A stretch of 64,000 nucleotides of DNA from Ginglymostoma cirratum. Lineage: Eukaryota. The translations under genes were made by a program, and so were the position numbers. The stretch lies in NCBI GenBank assembly GCA_024137785.1, contig JAHRHZ010000030.1, forward strand, positions 36,378,037 to 36,442,036, written 5' to 3'. Shown piece by piece: positions 1-12,816 of this stretch (position 1 is the first letter of the stretch; each line of letters starts with the position of its first letter). Below the pieces are notes generated by a model. The model saw only the letters and a list, made by a program, of their open reading frames with translations, was not told the origin of the DNA and searched no databases.

Positions 1-135
1 GAAAAGCTCAGCAGGTCTGGCAGCACCTGTGGAGAGAAATTAGTTAATGTTTCAGGTCGAGTGACCCTTCCTCAGAACCTCTCCCCACAGATGTTGCCTG
101 ATCTGAACATTTCTAGCAATTTTTGTTTTTATTCT
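1..135. mobile_element. Penelope-derived inverted-repeat element, truncated by the window edge
   Basis: gcaggtctggcagcacctgtggagag arm and a degenerate complementary arm; minus-strand CTGAGGA-AGGGTC...GACCT-GAAA-CA-TT hammerhead-like core. Confidence 0.65.
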
Positions 136-515
136 GCTTGAATTTTTTTTTAAAAATCACATTTTTAAATTTCAGGCAGAAAGCAGCAGACATCTCTGTT
201 TAAAGAGGTAGAAAAGAATGTTCCCAGGTTTTACATAAAGCAGGTCAAAATGCTTCAGTAAGTGACACTTAGACAGAAATTTTCTCTGCCTTTCTACCCT
301 GAAAGGTAATAAGATTCTAGCAAAACTACGGTCAAGCCACAGAAAGTGCAGTCTGATGAAGTGCAACTTTTTTGTGACACTTGAGGTTTAGAAGTAAAAT
401 AGTTTATTCTCATTCACTCCCCCATCTCCATCAGAAGTTTGGCTATCTTATCAGAACATCAAACTATGTCCTTTGTCATGATTAGGTCACGTCACCCTGC
501 TTTTCCCAATCCCTA

Positions 516-815
516 AAATGAAACCAAGAACTGTGGATGCTGGAGATCTGAAACAAACAGACAGAAATCGCTGTAGAATCTCAGCGGGTCTGACAGCTTC
601 TGTGAACAGAGAAACAGTTAACATTTGGCATCTATCTGCTCACTCCTTGCCCCTCCCCCCTCCCACACCTCTGCCAATCAGCACAACTCCACCTTTCCTA
701 GCCGCCATCAGTTCTCAAGAAGGGTCACTGGGCTTAAGACATTAACTCTGTTTTCTCTTCACAGGTGCTGCCCGAACTTGCCAAGTTTCTCCAGCAATTT
801 CTGTTTTTGTTTCCC
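516..815. mobile_element. Penelope-derived inverted-repeat element
   Basis: Arms near 550-625 and 740-815 are imperfect reverse complements around a C-rich spacer; decayed core gttctcaagaagggtc...aagacattaac. Confidence 0.7.
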
Positions 816-864
816 AATCCCTTGAAGGTCTCACCTACATAAACAACAGATTGTGAATAGTTAC

Positions 865-935
865 CTCTGGGGCTCTTGGACTGTCCTGTTTTCTACCTTC
901 TGTTCACATTCCTTAATCATGGAGCTGAGAATAAC
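865..935 (-). CDS. RELCH: RELCH exon VILSSMIKECEQKVENRTVQEPQ (probably penultimate coding exon)
   Basis: 71 nt, tttcag acceptor, gtaact donor, phase 0 in, phase 2 out. Confidence 0.95.
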
Positions 936-2689
936 CTGAAAGGGAGCACAGCGAGTAAGACCTCAACATTCATTATTTTAATACACATAGCATATATTTG
1001 CACACGAAACAACTAATTGTATTTGTCCAGCATCTTTCATGACAGCCAACCAAGTATCCTGGAAATGTGAATGCTTTCCTTCTGTAGCAACATTGAGTCA
1101 ACCCAGAACCAGGCCAGTCGCAGCCAAAGTGGTCAATGGCAACATTTATTCTCCACAAAAACCTCCTTCCATCCTACCTGCCCTTGTGTTCATGGTCATT
1201 TGAAAACACCTCGCTCTTAACTCTGTTTTTCACAGAGTTTCACATTTTGCCCTTGGATACTGCAAACATTAACTGCAGAATGACTGATGTTTGGTGCATT
1301 TTGTTTTCTTTCAGTTTACACAAAAGTGCCATAAATCATAGGTAAGGGCAGTTGCAGATCTCCACTTGACAACATTCCATACTTCTAAACCATTTCCAAA
1401 TCCAATCCAGATGAAGAATGTCCTAACGTGGTAAGTATTTTAAGTTTCTAGATGCTTTTGGATAATGGATATTTGTCTGCCTATTCTCCTGTTAATTCAA
1501 TCATAGCTGATAATCACAAAGGGAGTCATAGCTTTTGAGCGTGAATAGATTATAAAACACGTAGCTGGAACATGACATGCAAGGCTAGGTTACTTTGATA
1601 CTCAGAGGCAAATTGCATTGATTGCTTGTTTCGTTTTGGCACTGACACATCATCCACCGTTGAAAGAAGAAATGACTGAAAATTCACACTATTCTACCTC
1701 AATAAGCAGTCCAAGGGGTTCTAAGCTGGTTTATCTAAACAAGGGCACCATTGTGGGTTGGTCAATGAGCCACCTGGGATACTGGCTTGAAGCTCGTGAA
1801 TGATTCTTTGTACATGGAGAAGGATGGAACAACACAAAATGAATGTTTCAAAACCACCCAGTGAGTGACCAGCAAATGACCTTGACCTTGGTGTGTGGAG
1901 ATGCAGGCAGAAGCACAGTCTGACACAGTGAGCGCACAAGTTAGTACTCCTCTTGTTTAAGTGCTTGCACCGTACAATCCAGCTGAAGTTTGCCCCCACA
2001 GCAGTAAGGCAGATGCTGAAGGCCCAGCCTACGACTATTAATATCAAATTAAACCAAACATTATGCAGGAGGAAAGCTCCATGCAGTCAGTTGTAATAAC
2101 TTTCACTCTCAGGTTGTGAATGTGGGAATGATCAATATTGCAACAAAAAAACAAATTGAATAGGTATCTGAATCAAACAGATCTGTAGTGTTAGTGGACG
2201 AAATGAGGGCAACTAGCCGGTATAGACTGGACAGGCTGAATGGTCTCTGCCTGTGCCTTAAACAACAATGAAGCTATGACAGAACAGGAGGCCAAAATAT
2301 CCAACATTTTACTTAGTTTACAGTTTTTGAAGGTCCTATATTCCACTTTTTGCTTAACCAAGTCTTAAAATTGAACTTACAATAGAGAAAACCAACTTGG
2401 ATTGGGAAAAGTTGCAGTTAATTTGTACAGTCAAGTAATATCATAGGTAAGTCACATGGAAGAGAATATAGAAAAAGAAAATGTAACCATGACAATAAAC
2501 ATTAAGTAAGACCTGTTTCTGTATACTGTTTCCCCTCAAGCATGATGTGTAAGATTTGCATTCGGCAGTTTGTGTGTGCTCAAGTGTGACTGACATGCAC
2601 GCATCGAGGGAGTTTCACACTCGATCTGGTTCAGGTTGTACTTAACCCAAGATTGTCCAGTGCTGTGTGTGTCTGTGCTACCTTGCCAA

Positions 2690-4630
2690 ATGAGCATCAT
2701 GGCTTAGTGCCACTCTCGTACCTTTTCACCATATCCAAATGCATTGTTTCTATTCAATGAATCATCCAGTACCCACTTGAATGGCTCGATTGACTCAGTC
2801 CCTACCATATTTCCAGGCAATGCATTCCAGGTTGGAAACACTTGCTATGTGAAAGCTTTTTTTCTCCCCCAAGATCACATTTGTTATGTTTGCAAGTCAC
2901 TTTCAATCTCTGCCATTCTCTGGGAACAGTTTCTCCCTAGCTACTCTACCCAGACCTCTCAACTTCGCAAACTTTCATCAGATTTCCTCTTAGCCTGCTT
3001 GTCTCCAATGAGAACAGTCCCACCTTCTCAAATACATTCTCATAACTGAAGCTTTTCATTCCTGAAACCATTTGTGAGAATCTTTTCTGCACTCTCTACA
3101 ATGCATTCACATCCTTCTTACAGTGTGGCACCCAGAGCTGTACACAATCCCCCAGCTGCGATCTAACAGATGTATAAATTAAGCATAAAACTTTCTTGCA
3201 CATGTACTCCATGCCTCTATTAAAGCAGCCCCGGGTATTATCTGCATTAACTGCTCTCTCTACCGGTCCTGCCACCTTCATAATCTATGCACATCTACAC
3301 CCATGTCCCTCTGCTCTTTAAATAATGCATTCCCTGTTTTATAATATCTATCGATGTTTTCACATCAAAATTAATCATTTCACACATCTCTGCATTGAAC
3401 TTCATCTGTCACCCATCTGCCCGCAACACAAACTTGTCACTGTCCTTTTGGAGTTCTACACACACTTCCTCAATTTAGCATGTACCCATGTGGTACTGCC
3501 TCTTTTAATCCATGAGCTACAAATTATGTTCTCTCACAAGTCTGTTATGTTCTTTTTCCCTTTATTCATTCACGGGTTTAGGGAGTCACTGACCAGGCAG
3601 CATTTATTGCCCATCCCTAATTGCCCAGAGGGCAGTTAAGAGTCAACCACATTGATGTGGGTCTGGAGTCACCTGTAGACCAGACCAGGTAAGGATGGCT
3701 GTTTCCTTCCCTAAAGGGCATTAGTGAACCAGATGGGGTTTTCCTGACAATCAACAATGGATTCATGGTCACCATTAGATTCTTAATCCAGATATTTACT
3801 GGATTCAAATTCCGCCATCTGCTGTGGCAGGATTCAAACCCAGGTCCCCAGAACATTACGTGGGTCTCTGAATTAACAACCCAGTGATAATGCCACTAGG
3901 CCATAGTCCCACATGGGGAGGTAATGTCGAACACCTTTTGACAGTCCACATAAAAGAACATGAACAGCAGTACGCTCATAAACCCTTTCTGTTATTTCAA
4001 AAACCTCCAGCAATTTAGTCAAACATAATTTGCCCTTTAGAAATCCACGCTGGATCTTCCTCAACTATCCACTTTTATCGATGCAGCTACTACATATAAC
4101 TCAAAAAGTCATATACAGAAGCTTCTCCAGCACTGACTTTAAACTGACTGATCTGTAATTGCTGGCTATGTCCTTACAAACCATTTTGAAAAAGATTATA
4201 ATATTTGCATTCTTGATGTCCTCTGGTACTTCCCTAATCTAGTGAACACTGAAAGATACGACGAGTGCACCTGCAATTTTCCACCCTTACCTCCTTCAAT
4301 ACCCTTGGATGGATTTCATCCAGTACCGGTGCCTTGATAACTTTAAGTATCAATAGCCAATCCAATTTAATTCTCTTCATCAATTTGAACGCTTCTAGTG
4401 ACAGAGCTTCCTGCAGTCTTACCTGAGTAGCATTGTCTGTATCACCCAAGAAGGTCAAAGTACTTTTTTAACAGCTAAATCATTAATCTTGCCTTGTGTG
4501 TAAATCCCCTCTTTTAGTACATGATCAGCCTTACACCTCCTTTTACCAGTCTTTTATTATTTATTTGCCTAAAGACAACTTTGGGATTCTCCTTCATGTT
4601 ATCTGCCAGCCTTTCCTCGTAATTCTTCAA
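2690..4630 (-). mobile_element. Degenerate CR1 LINE RT region interrupted by a SINE
   Basis: ORF remnants YTSVRSQLGDCVQLWVPH, GFLKGKLCLTKLLEVFE, KAPVLDEIHPRVLKEV. Confidence 0.85.
3555..3915 (-). mobile_element. tRNA-derived SINE, near full length
   Basis: A-box TGGCCTAGTGG, B-box GGTTTGAATCC, tail gggcaattagggatgggcaataaatgctg; related copies near 4640, 34370, 42340, 45855 and 56170. Confidence 0.8.
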
Positions 4631-4992
4631 TAGGCTTAGTTTAGGGTGTAGATTCCCTTTCTCAAAGAGCATGAGTGAATCAGGTAGGTTTTTATGACAA
4701 TCGGCAGTCATCAGGCCATTTTTTTATGGAATTCAAATTGTCACTTGCCCTGGTGGGATTCGACTTCATGTGCCCAGAACATTAGACTGAAGCTCTGGAT
4801 TGCTAATCCAGTAACTTGACAACCACTCCACTAACATCCTTCACTTTGAATTCTGGTTGGGGCAGATGGTTGCCGGTCATTTGTGCTGAAACAATAAACT
4901 ACGTATGTCAATTATTCAATAATGGAGTGCTCGTCAGCTACATATAAAGAAGATGGGGGGTGCACAGGATCACTTAATTTGTAGGTACAAAC

Positions 4993-5081
4993 CTCATGCT
5001 CTGGCGAAAGGTGCTCCATATCTGTTCGCAAACACTTCAGTCCAGGGAGAAAATGGCATACCATCAGTTCTTCCGAAATAA
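4993..5081 (-). CDS. RELCH: RELCH exon (F)ISEELMVCHFLPGLKCLRTDMEHLSPEHE
   Basis: 89 nt; ttgcag acceptor preceded by TCCTTAAC; gtttgt donor. Confidence 0.95.
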
Positions 5082-7524
5082 CTGCAAGCACAACTGTTAA
5101 GGATAATTACCTTCCAATTTCATTTTAAAATACACTGACTAACCATTTTAAGGCCATCAAATAGCTTCCGGTTTGAAAGCATGAGCACATTCACAGTCTT
5201 AGGACACACCTCCTTTCAAAAAAAAATCAGAGTTTTAATAAAAATTACTGTCAGAGAAATAGGAGGATGACAGAACACGAAGAATTTATGCAAAGCTATT
5301 TTATGGCTACCAGTCCATCATTCACCTCCCGAGTGAGTTATGAAATTTTATCTGATGACATTACAGTTTGTTCAACATAGCACTCACATTTAAAATAAGG
5401 GAACAGATTAAAAACTAATTACAAACTCGACATTAGGAATGATCATAAGTGAGATTAAGATACATAATCAGGTTATAAAATTGTAAACGGAACGATTAAA
5501 ATGGACAGTCTTGGTTTCTGGCTAAACATTTGTATTCTTTTATATTTATCTGAAACATAGCAAGTTCTTTGAAGTTAAAAGCTGTGAAGCATAAGCCCCG
5601 AGTAATCGCTCTATTCCCCAATGCTTTGAAAGAATTCATAAGACCATAAAAGTTTTAACGAGCTTTAAAATGATTCATTATTTTTGCAGTCTCATGAATC
5701 AGTGTTTGGAAATTATTTTGAGGCTAAGAGATTCAGAGGACTGATTCAGATTTAGAACACTGGATGGCATGAAAAGAAAATCTATACATTTTTGGGTTAG
5801 TATTCTTCAAAATGTAGTATGTTCACAAATTTTAGAAATGGACCCATCACCCAGAGCCTGAGCTTTTCTTAGCATTTCTTCCACTAATTAAGCTTTGAAT
5901 GATTTTGCCATGAACCGGTTGTAATGTTAACTATAAGACACTGGAAATTAACTGCCAAACTTAATTACTGTCAATTTCTGGGCAGGGAAAAGGTGTAGGT
6001 TATGTAGAAGAAATGGGAGAGACTGCCTAAATTTGCTTTTGTTCATCTTGCTTCTGCATTTTTCACAAAAAAAATGTTATGATTGTCTTCTAAACCTGTG
6101 CAGTCCTTTTAAAAGTTAAAATCAGGAGCTTTAAGTTAAAACTACAATGTTTTCTAAGTATAGCTGATAATGAAGAAATGTTGGTGTTTTTCCTGGCCAT
6201 GGAGGAACAGCCAGTCATTTCATAGTGGTCTAATTCAGACTAGGTGGACAACCATATACAATATCAAGATGGAAAAATAAAATCAAAAGATGAGGGTGCT
6301 GTTCCTGGATATATTTAACAGTCCTTCACACACAATGAAAGTGTTTGATACTCTCAGACTGTAAACAAAAATAGGAAGTGCTAAGAGACTCAGCAGGTTT
6401 GGCAGCATCTGTTGAGGGGGGATTGGTGGGGGGGAAAAAAAAAACACAAAAAAAGTTGGGTGGGGAAGAGAGAGACAGAAAAAAGAGTTAATGTTACAGG
6501 TTATAAACACACAGAGCTGGAGAAACTCAGGGGAGGTTTGGCAGTATCTGTGGAGGGATACAGGGTTAGTGTCGAGTACAACAGGATTCTTCTTTTTAAC
6601 ACCAAATTTAACGTTCTCCAGCACTACTTTTTTCCCAGATATTCAGCATACACAGTATTTTGCTTTTGTTGTAGATTTTAACATTTTATTTTCTCTCCTT
6701 TGCTTTTGGTTTTATCCTCTCATTGTTAGCTTCCTTATGATGGACAGATGATTTTGCTACCCACACTTACCGTATATACAGATCCTTCCTACAAAAATAA
6801 AAAAGGTCCCATTACAATTCCTTTTGTACTAGCACGACAACACTTCTGCCATTTCATCTCTCCCACCTAGAACTCCACCATATCTCATCTAGTTCTTACA
6901 CTGTGGAATTTATCTCTGGTCCACCATCGTCTGACAAAATAATTTCTAAATGTGGACACACTCTCGTCCAGTCATTATCTTTATATGCCTTGATTCAATC
7001 ATTTGAGTCCAGGATGGGGACCAGAACAGGTAAAACTACAATCATATTGATGTGTAATATATGATACAACTCCTTACATGGTATTGGGAAGTTTAAAAAA
7101 AAGTGTTAGCTTGGATCTATCTGGCTGTACATGGCTCAGGTCCAAAACAGAGTTCTAATGACAAGGTACATGAAAGTTCTCTGCATGTGTTCAAATACTC
7201 TCACTTATGTAACTATGGAAATAGCTGTTTTAAATATATTTCTCTTAAATCAATGAAACAATCTGAAACAAAGGTTATAAAGAAATACAACAATTTTTCA
7301 GTTAAATAAACCACAAGCAAATTAAGAGCTGCTGAAATGCTTAAACTTAGAAGTAATCTTTGTTCATACAAATGCATTAACCAGTGATGGGATTAAAATA
7401 TAAATGGTAATTAAATAAAAACAATTTAAATGGAGGCATTCAAATTTTTCGGAAGGGTAATGCTTTTCCCAATTCACTTGTATGAGGTCAGCATAAACAT
7501 TAGGTGCATTATAGAAAAGGATAC
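5082..7524 (-). other. U12-type (minor spliceosome) GT-AG intron
   Basis: Donor GTATCCTTTT; branch site TCCTTAAC about 14 nt before the AG, with no real polypyrimidine tract. Confidence 0.93.
6365..6680. mobile_element. Degenerate Penelope-derived inverted-repeat element with a duplicated left arm
   Basis: Two ctcag...ggtttggcag(c/t)atctgt units followed by a complementary arm. Confidence 0.55.
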
Positions 7525-7641
7525 AGCAACAGGACAATGCACTATAGGCTTCAAACAATTGAATGGCAATGTCCAATCTTTTTGTGTCAATTGCTTGCTG
7601 ATTGTTTGAGATCGCCAACTTGTGTAGGTTAGGGAGAACAA
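7525..7641 (-). CDS. RELCH: RELCH exon (F)VLPNLHKLAISNNQQAIDTKRLDIAIQLFEAYSALSCC
   Basis: 117 nt inside ORF 7364..7744; acacag acceptor, gtatcc donor. Confidence 0.95.
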
Positions 7642-7929
7642 CTGTGTAGAAAGGGGGGAAAAAGACAATGGGTAACTTTTGTTTTAAGATGGAAGGTGAA
7701 CCTGCCTTTTCTTTTACATAAAACATTATCTCTTCATTTAGCATGTGCTGACTGTCAAAATTAAAAAACAGACCCAGCCAAACAAACCTTAGTATAAAGC
7801 CAGCTATTTGTATGCCTCATTTCCGCTTCTCCTCGAAATGTTTTATTTTTAATGTATGGGAAAGTACCTGGTTTCCACTTCAAGATTGGCAGCTCACATG
7901 CAAAGCAAAGTGAATGGAGGCAGGCTACA

Positions 7930-8140
7930 ACAGCATAAGATATTGGAACTGAATCAAGCCATCCTACCAATCGAGTCTGCTGCACCATTTGATTATGGCT
8001 AATGTTTCTCAACTCCATTTTCCTGCCTTCCCCCTGTAACTAGTGATCCCCTTATTAATCAACAACCTATCTCTGTCTTAAGTACACTCAATGATTTGGC
8101 CTCCACAGCCTTCTGTGGCAATGAGTTCCACAGAGTTACT
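7930..8140 (-). mobile_element. CR1 LINE 3' end fragment
   Basis: cataagatattggaactgaa...tggcctccacagccttctgtggcaatgagttccacag. Confidence 0.7.
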
Positions 8141-8944
8141 GGAACACTGCTGTAACACTGAGATCATCTTTCCCTTTATGTTCCCCATTTAGTTAGCAAG
8201 AAATTAAAATATTAACATCTCTTTTGTACCCTTTCAGTCATCACAACATGGGGGAGGGTCTCACTGTTTGACTTCTACGATATGATGGGAAATCAGATTC
8301 CATTAAGCCACATGTGCAATAAAATAAATTACACTGTGGAACCAGGACAGACCGACAGCACACAGGCAGTATGAGAACTCCGCCACATGGGACAGCTAGT
8401 GAGTGAGATGAAGTTACAGTGCCATAATTTATTTGAAGTCTGCCAAGTGTGACAAGGATCTATATTGTCAACAGGGAAAAAAAAAGTCAACTATACAAAG
8501 AAGACCAGTTATTCTTCCTATCAATGGAACAATTTATATATAAAAACAAAGATATTCAATCACTAGTGATTCTTTCCAAGACAAGGAGTAATGTGGTACC
8601 CACTCCTATATATACAATTACAGTTACAATAAAACATGCCTGCCAAAGGCAGACATCTTGACTTTTATGGAGGCAAGGTGTCAATTTCGTATCTTTCTTG
8701 CACTTGATCTAATTCCTTCACCACTCCTTAACGTTACTGAGGTTGAGGACCATCTACGTACTGAAGGTCTCAGAATTTATCCAGATATTACAAACATACA
8801 ATCTCTGAAATACCTCCAAATAATAGTTAATCTACATATTAAGCTTTAACAGGTTTTGCATCAAAAGTTAACGTTATTAAAAGTATGAATTCTGGTATTG
8901 ATGAGGAAAGAAAGGTGATGTACAGCATTAAAAAACAAACATAC

Positions 8945-9083
8945 ATTCATCCCTAAATCTTGGTTCAGCATTTGGCCCAACTCTTCCAAAAGTCTTGATT
9001 ATTTCCATGTGCAGAGAGTGTTGATCATGGTACTGTGGATCTTCAAGAAATGAAGCCAACTGCATCTTGACTCTTTCCAAAAG
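8945..9083 (-). CDS. RELCH: RELCH exon LLERVKMQLASFLEDPQYHDQHSLHMEIIKTFGRVGPNAEPRFRDE
   Basis: 139 nt, taacag acceptor, gtatgt donor. Confidence 0.96.
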
Positions 9084-9799
9084 CTGTTAAAATGAAGTGG
9101 AGGGAGTCAATTAGCATTTAAATACCCAGGCTGCTACAAAAAAAATTTGAATCTCGGTCATTTCATATTGCATTCTTGCTAAAGACAGAGCCAAGAACTT
9201 GTTAAACAATGGACTCTATTCCTATTCTGACGGTGTTATGATCCCAGTTGATGGTACTACTGAACAGATCAGATTCCAAAAGAAACCTAGCTTGATAGAT
9301 TTTTTATTTTTGTTTTGTTAGTTTACATGGGCAGTCATTTTCATATGAGGCTGCAGTATTTTTTTAAAAAACAAAGTTTATTATAGAAAAGAAGAAATAA
9401 AAAGTTACCTAAATACAGAAAACAGTTAGAAGAATACCACAACATACACCAAACAGTTTTTATGTTTCCCGATGCCATTATGCCAATAGACCATCTCCGG
9501 TCCAGAGAAATTACAATCCTGATCTTAGATTTTTAGGGTTTGACTTAACTGACTCCATCCAGCTTCTTTCCTCTGGATGGTGCAAAGAGTTTAATGAGTC
9601 CTTTCCAAATCTGTCAACATGAACTTTTCACAAATTACAGAACTTAAACTTTGATAGTTTAAATGACCTTCAGGTTTCTAACCGAACTCTCCTGGCTTGA
9701 AAGCTTCATAAACTAAACCCTTCTGCTTTGGTGCCTTCTTCCCTGCCCCAATTCTATTCTATGACGGAAGGTAAACTGGCAGCTAAACTTAACACTGGG

Positions 9800-10003
9800 G
9801 AGAGAACATTACTGCAGGTGTTGGAATCTATACTGAAAACACAAAAAAAAAGTGCTGGAAATCACAGTGGGTCAGGCAGCATCCATGGAGAGACAGCAAG
9901 CTAACAGCTCTGATGAAGGGTCATCTAGGCTCAAAATGTTAGCTTGCTCTATGCCCATAGATGCTAAGTGACCCATTGATTTCCAGCATTTTTTGTTTTC
10001 AGG
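9800..10003. mobile_element. Penelope-derived inverted-repeat element with a decayed hammerhead motif
   Basis: CTGATGA at 9910, AGGGTC-atcta-GGCTC, AAAA in place of GAAA; complementary arms. Confidence 0.7.
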
Positions 10004-10744
10004 TCAACACTGATGACTTCTGAACTGAATTAATAAATAAACTTGCTCACCCTAGATTCTTTTGAATTGAAAACACAGTTAATGACCTTACATGCATATA
10101 CTACAGGTCATAAACCCAACGGTGTAAACACCTTTCTTTTAACGCCATAGGGTCTGCAGTCTCCTACTCTCTGACAAAATGTTGGAATTAAACACTTTTC
10201 CAGAAGGACTCCCTGAACTTGTTTTTGTTTTGGAAAAGAAAACCATTCACAGAAATAACCAACACCCAGCTGCCTTTATTCTGAAATCTAAATTCCAAAA
10301 ATTATATTAATACACGTATAAAAGTCATACATCTATCACCACATCAGGATAATCTTCATTTGCTGAAAAAATGAAGTTAACTGGCATTAAAAACAGGAAA
10401 CATATAGCACATCAATCAGTAACCTGGAAGAAAAAAGCTGGGCATGGGTCACTAGTTAATTGGACTCTTTACAAGTGCTGTGAATGTCTATCCAGTGACC
10501 ATGATGAATTCTTCTCTCTTCAGCTTTGCAAAGCCCTGCAAAAGTGTCTCATCTGTCTTTGTGCAATCTTTACAAAAGAAACTTCATCCAAAACTAACAC
10601 TTTTTAAAAAAAAACTATTAATTTTCACTATTTCAGCCTTGGCTTGGCTCAAATCATCGACTCATGTTGCTTATGGATCTTTTCACCATAATTTAAATGC
10701 ATGTACAAAATTGATTCTTTTTGGTCAGTCTTCATCATTAAAAC

Positions 10745-11062
10745 TAGACAATGCCCGAAATACTCAGCAGGTCTGGCAGCATCTGTGAAGACAAACAGAA
10801 GCGATAAACATTTCAGGCCAACAGCCTTACTTAGAACTGGAAAAAGTTACAAATATGACTGGCTTTAAGCAAGTGCATTTAATTTCTCTGTGATTGACCT
10901 TTCCCTTTAACTCTTTCGTTTTATTTGCACTTGCTTGAAGTCTGTTTACTTGTTAAGAGTTTCCACTTCTGAAAAACATCAATAAGCCAAAACTTTATAT
11001 CTATTTCTATGTTCACAGATGCTGCCAGATCTACTGAGATTTTCCTGTGTCTTCTATTTATA
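10745..11062. mobile_element. Old Penelope-derived inverted-repeat element
   Basis: ctcagcaggtctggcagcatctgtgaa is complementary to ttcacagatgctgccagatctactgag. Confidence 0.65.
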
Positions 11063-11299
11063 CCTGAAACACTTCACTTTAGGGTGATCAGTTTGCCTTG
11101 AAGCATGTAATAAATCACAAAGGCATTCAACGTTTCAAGCTCAACTATTTTCTCAAGTCTGTATCGGATCATTGTATCAAATAATGTGCATTGCATCTAT
11201 TATTGTATTATAGTTACTACCTGCCAGGTCTGATGTGTTAAACAACGGATAGACACAATGCAACAGATATTCAAATCAGTTTGTCTTTTATCACTGTAC

Positions 11300-11363
11300 C
11301 TCTCTCTGGGTTACTGTTTCCATAATAGTGCCAAAAGCAGGTATTGTAGCTATTCGTACGGAG
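11300..11363 (-). CDS. RELCH: RELCH exon SVRIATIPAFGTIMETVTQRE
   Basis: 64 nt, ttccag acceptor, gtacag donor. Confidence 0.95.
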
Positions 11364-11830
11364 CTGGAAAGAGGAAGGAAAGTGTTAGCATCTTTGCACC
11401 TCCATAAAGTATCAATGTAAAATATACACATATTTGTAGTATAAATTAGTGTGTAAGTTTTGTTAGACTGTTTAAACATAAATGTTAGTGTGAATAAAAT
11501 CTAAAGTATACAATTTCCTCATCAGCACTTCACAGATGTCGGAGATGGTGACTGCAGGAGTACGTCAAACATTTATATTACAAAAGGCAACATGTTCAAA
11601 TATGAACTGTGATGCATTTGAGCACAATTTACAAAGGGAAGCTAATTTAATAAGGATTTAAGCAACAGGTTGCTATAAACAGAATTATCAGTTGGTCAGC
11701 TATCAAATCTGGTGAGAATACTGCAATGTTATTTCACAGAAGTCAGTGTCAAAATTGACAATTAGGTTTCTTGCTCTCTTCTGCTTTTTTTTTTCTGTTT
11801 AAGTCTATGGTCTCAGTCTGAACAACTCAC

Positions 11831-11913
11831 AATTCAAGGTCACTGGATAAGGTAACAAGAGCCGGTGCAACCCGCTTGTCAATTAAGGCTTCATTCATGC
11901 CTCGCACGATCAG
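11831..11913 (-). CDS. RELCH: RELCH mutually exclusive exon, downstream copy: LIVRGMNEALIDKRVAPALVTLSSDLE(F)
   Basis: 83 nt, ttacag acceptor, gtgagt donor; paralogous to 12734-12816. Confidence 0.92.
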
Positions 11914-12733
11914 CTGTAACCAGTCAAAAAAAAAAATGCAACAAAAATAAAACAAAAAACACATTGATGAAAAGGATCGATTAGTTAACAGAGAATGAGC
12001 ACTCAGACTCTCGGTTCATTCAAGGAAGTATTCAACCACACACGATAAAGGCAAGGCATATGGCACACGCTCAACAGCTAGTTAATATCAACCTGTGAGA
12101 AATTAGTCGGTTAAACAAAATCCACGCATCCCTTTTGCTCTGAAAAAAAAAATCACCCGTCTAATTTGATATTTTGCCAAAATAGCTGTGTTGGGAGGCC
12201 AGATTTCATTAGATTTGAAGTTTAAGGAAGTAAATGACAGGCAAAACAGAAATAACAGAAGTTTGGATACCACTGTGCTAATCAACATGAAAGATTTCTG
12301 TGATAAAACCAATGTATCTGAAGGTGGTGACTTCAGCCACAAAAAACTTGTTACACAACAAAAACTCATCAACCTCAATTAAAATATTGCATAACTGAGG
12401 CTTATTTGCATGACATGCAAAGTGCTTTTCTCAAGATTTTGAATGGCATTGATGTGAATGATTACAAAAATGGAATGAGTTATTTACAAAGCTCATTGTT
12501 CCCAGTGTTCCACAATCTCAAAATTGGGACAAGGAGCCATGTGTTGCAAAATAAGCATGTTTTAGTCACAGTCAATTCTAACATAAGCTTGCACATTTAA
12601 CAATGTCTGCAGCAGCTGGTTACAAGATTAGCTGTGCATCACTGCAGTGACAAGTAAGTGAACAAATCAAAGGGTGATTTCTCAGCAAAGTACTGAAAAG
12701 TGATGCGCTTTAACCGGTTAGGAAGAAACTTAC

Positions 12734-12816
12734 ATTTCAGGGTCACTGGAGAGAGTGATAAGAGCAGGGACAACTCTCTGAGCTACCAGAGTTTCATTCA
12801 CCCCCTTCACCAACAG
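12734..12816 (-). CDS. RELCH: RELCH mutually exclusive exon, upstream copy: LLVKGVNETLVAQRVVPALITLSSDPE(I)
   Basis: 83 nt, aatcag acceptor, gtaagt donor; same length and phases as 11831-11913. Confidence 0.92.

Noticed and set aside
12639-12650. 12-bp palindrome TCACTGCAGTGA
   Set aside because: Expected by chance in 64 kb; no supporting context.
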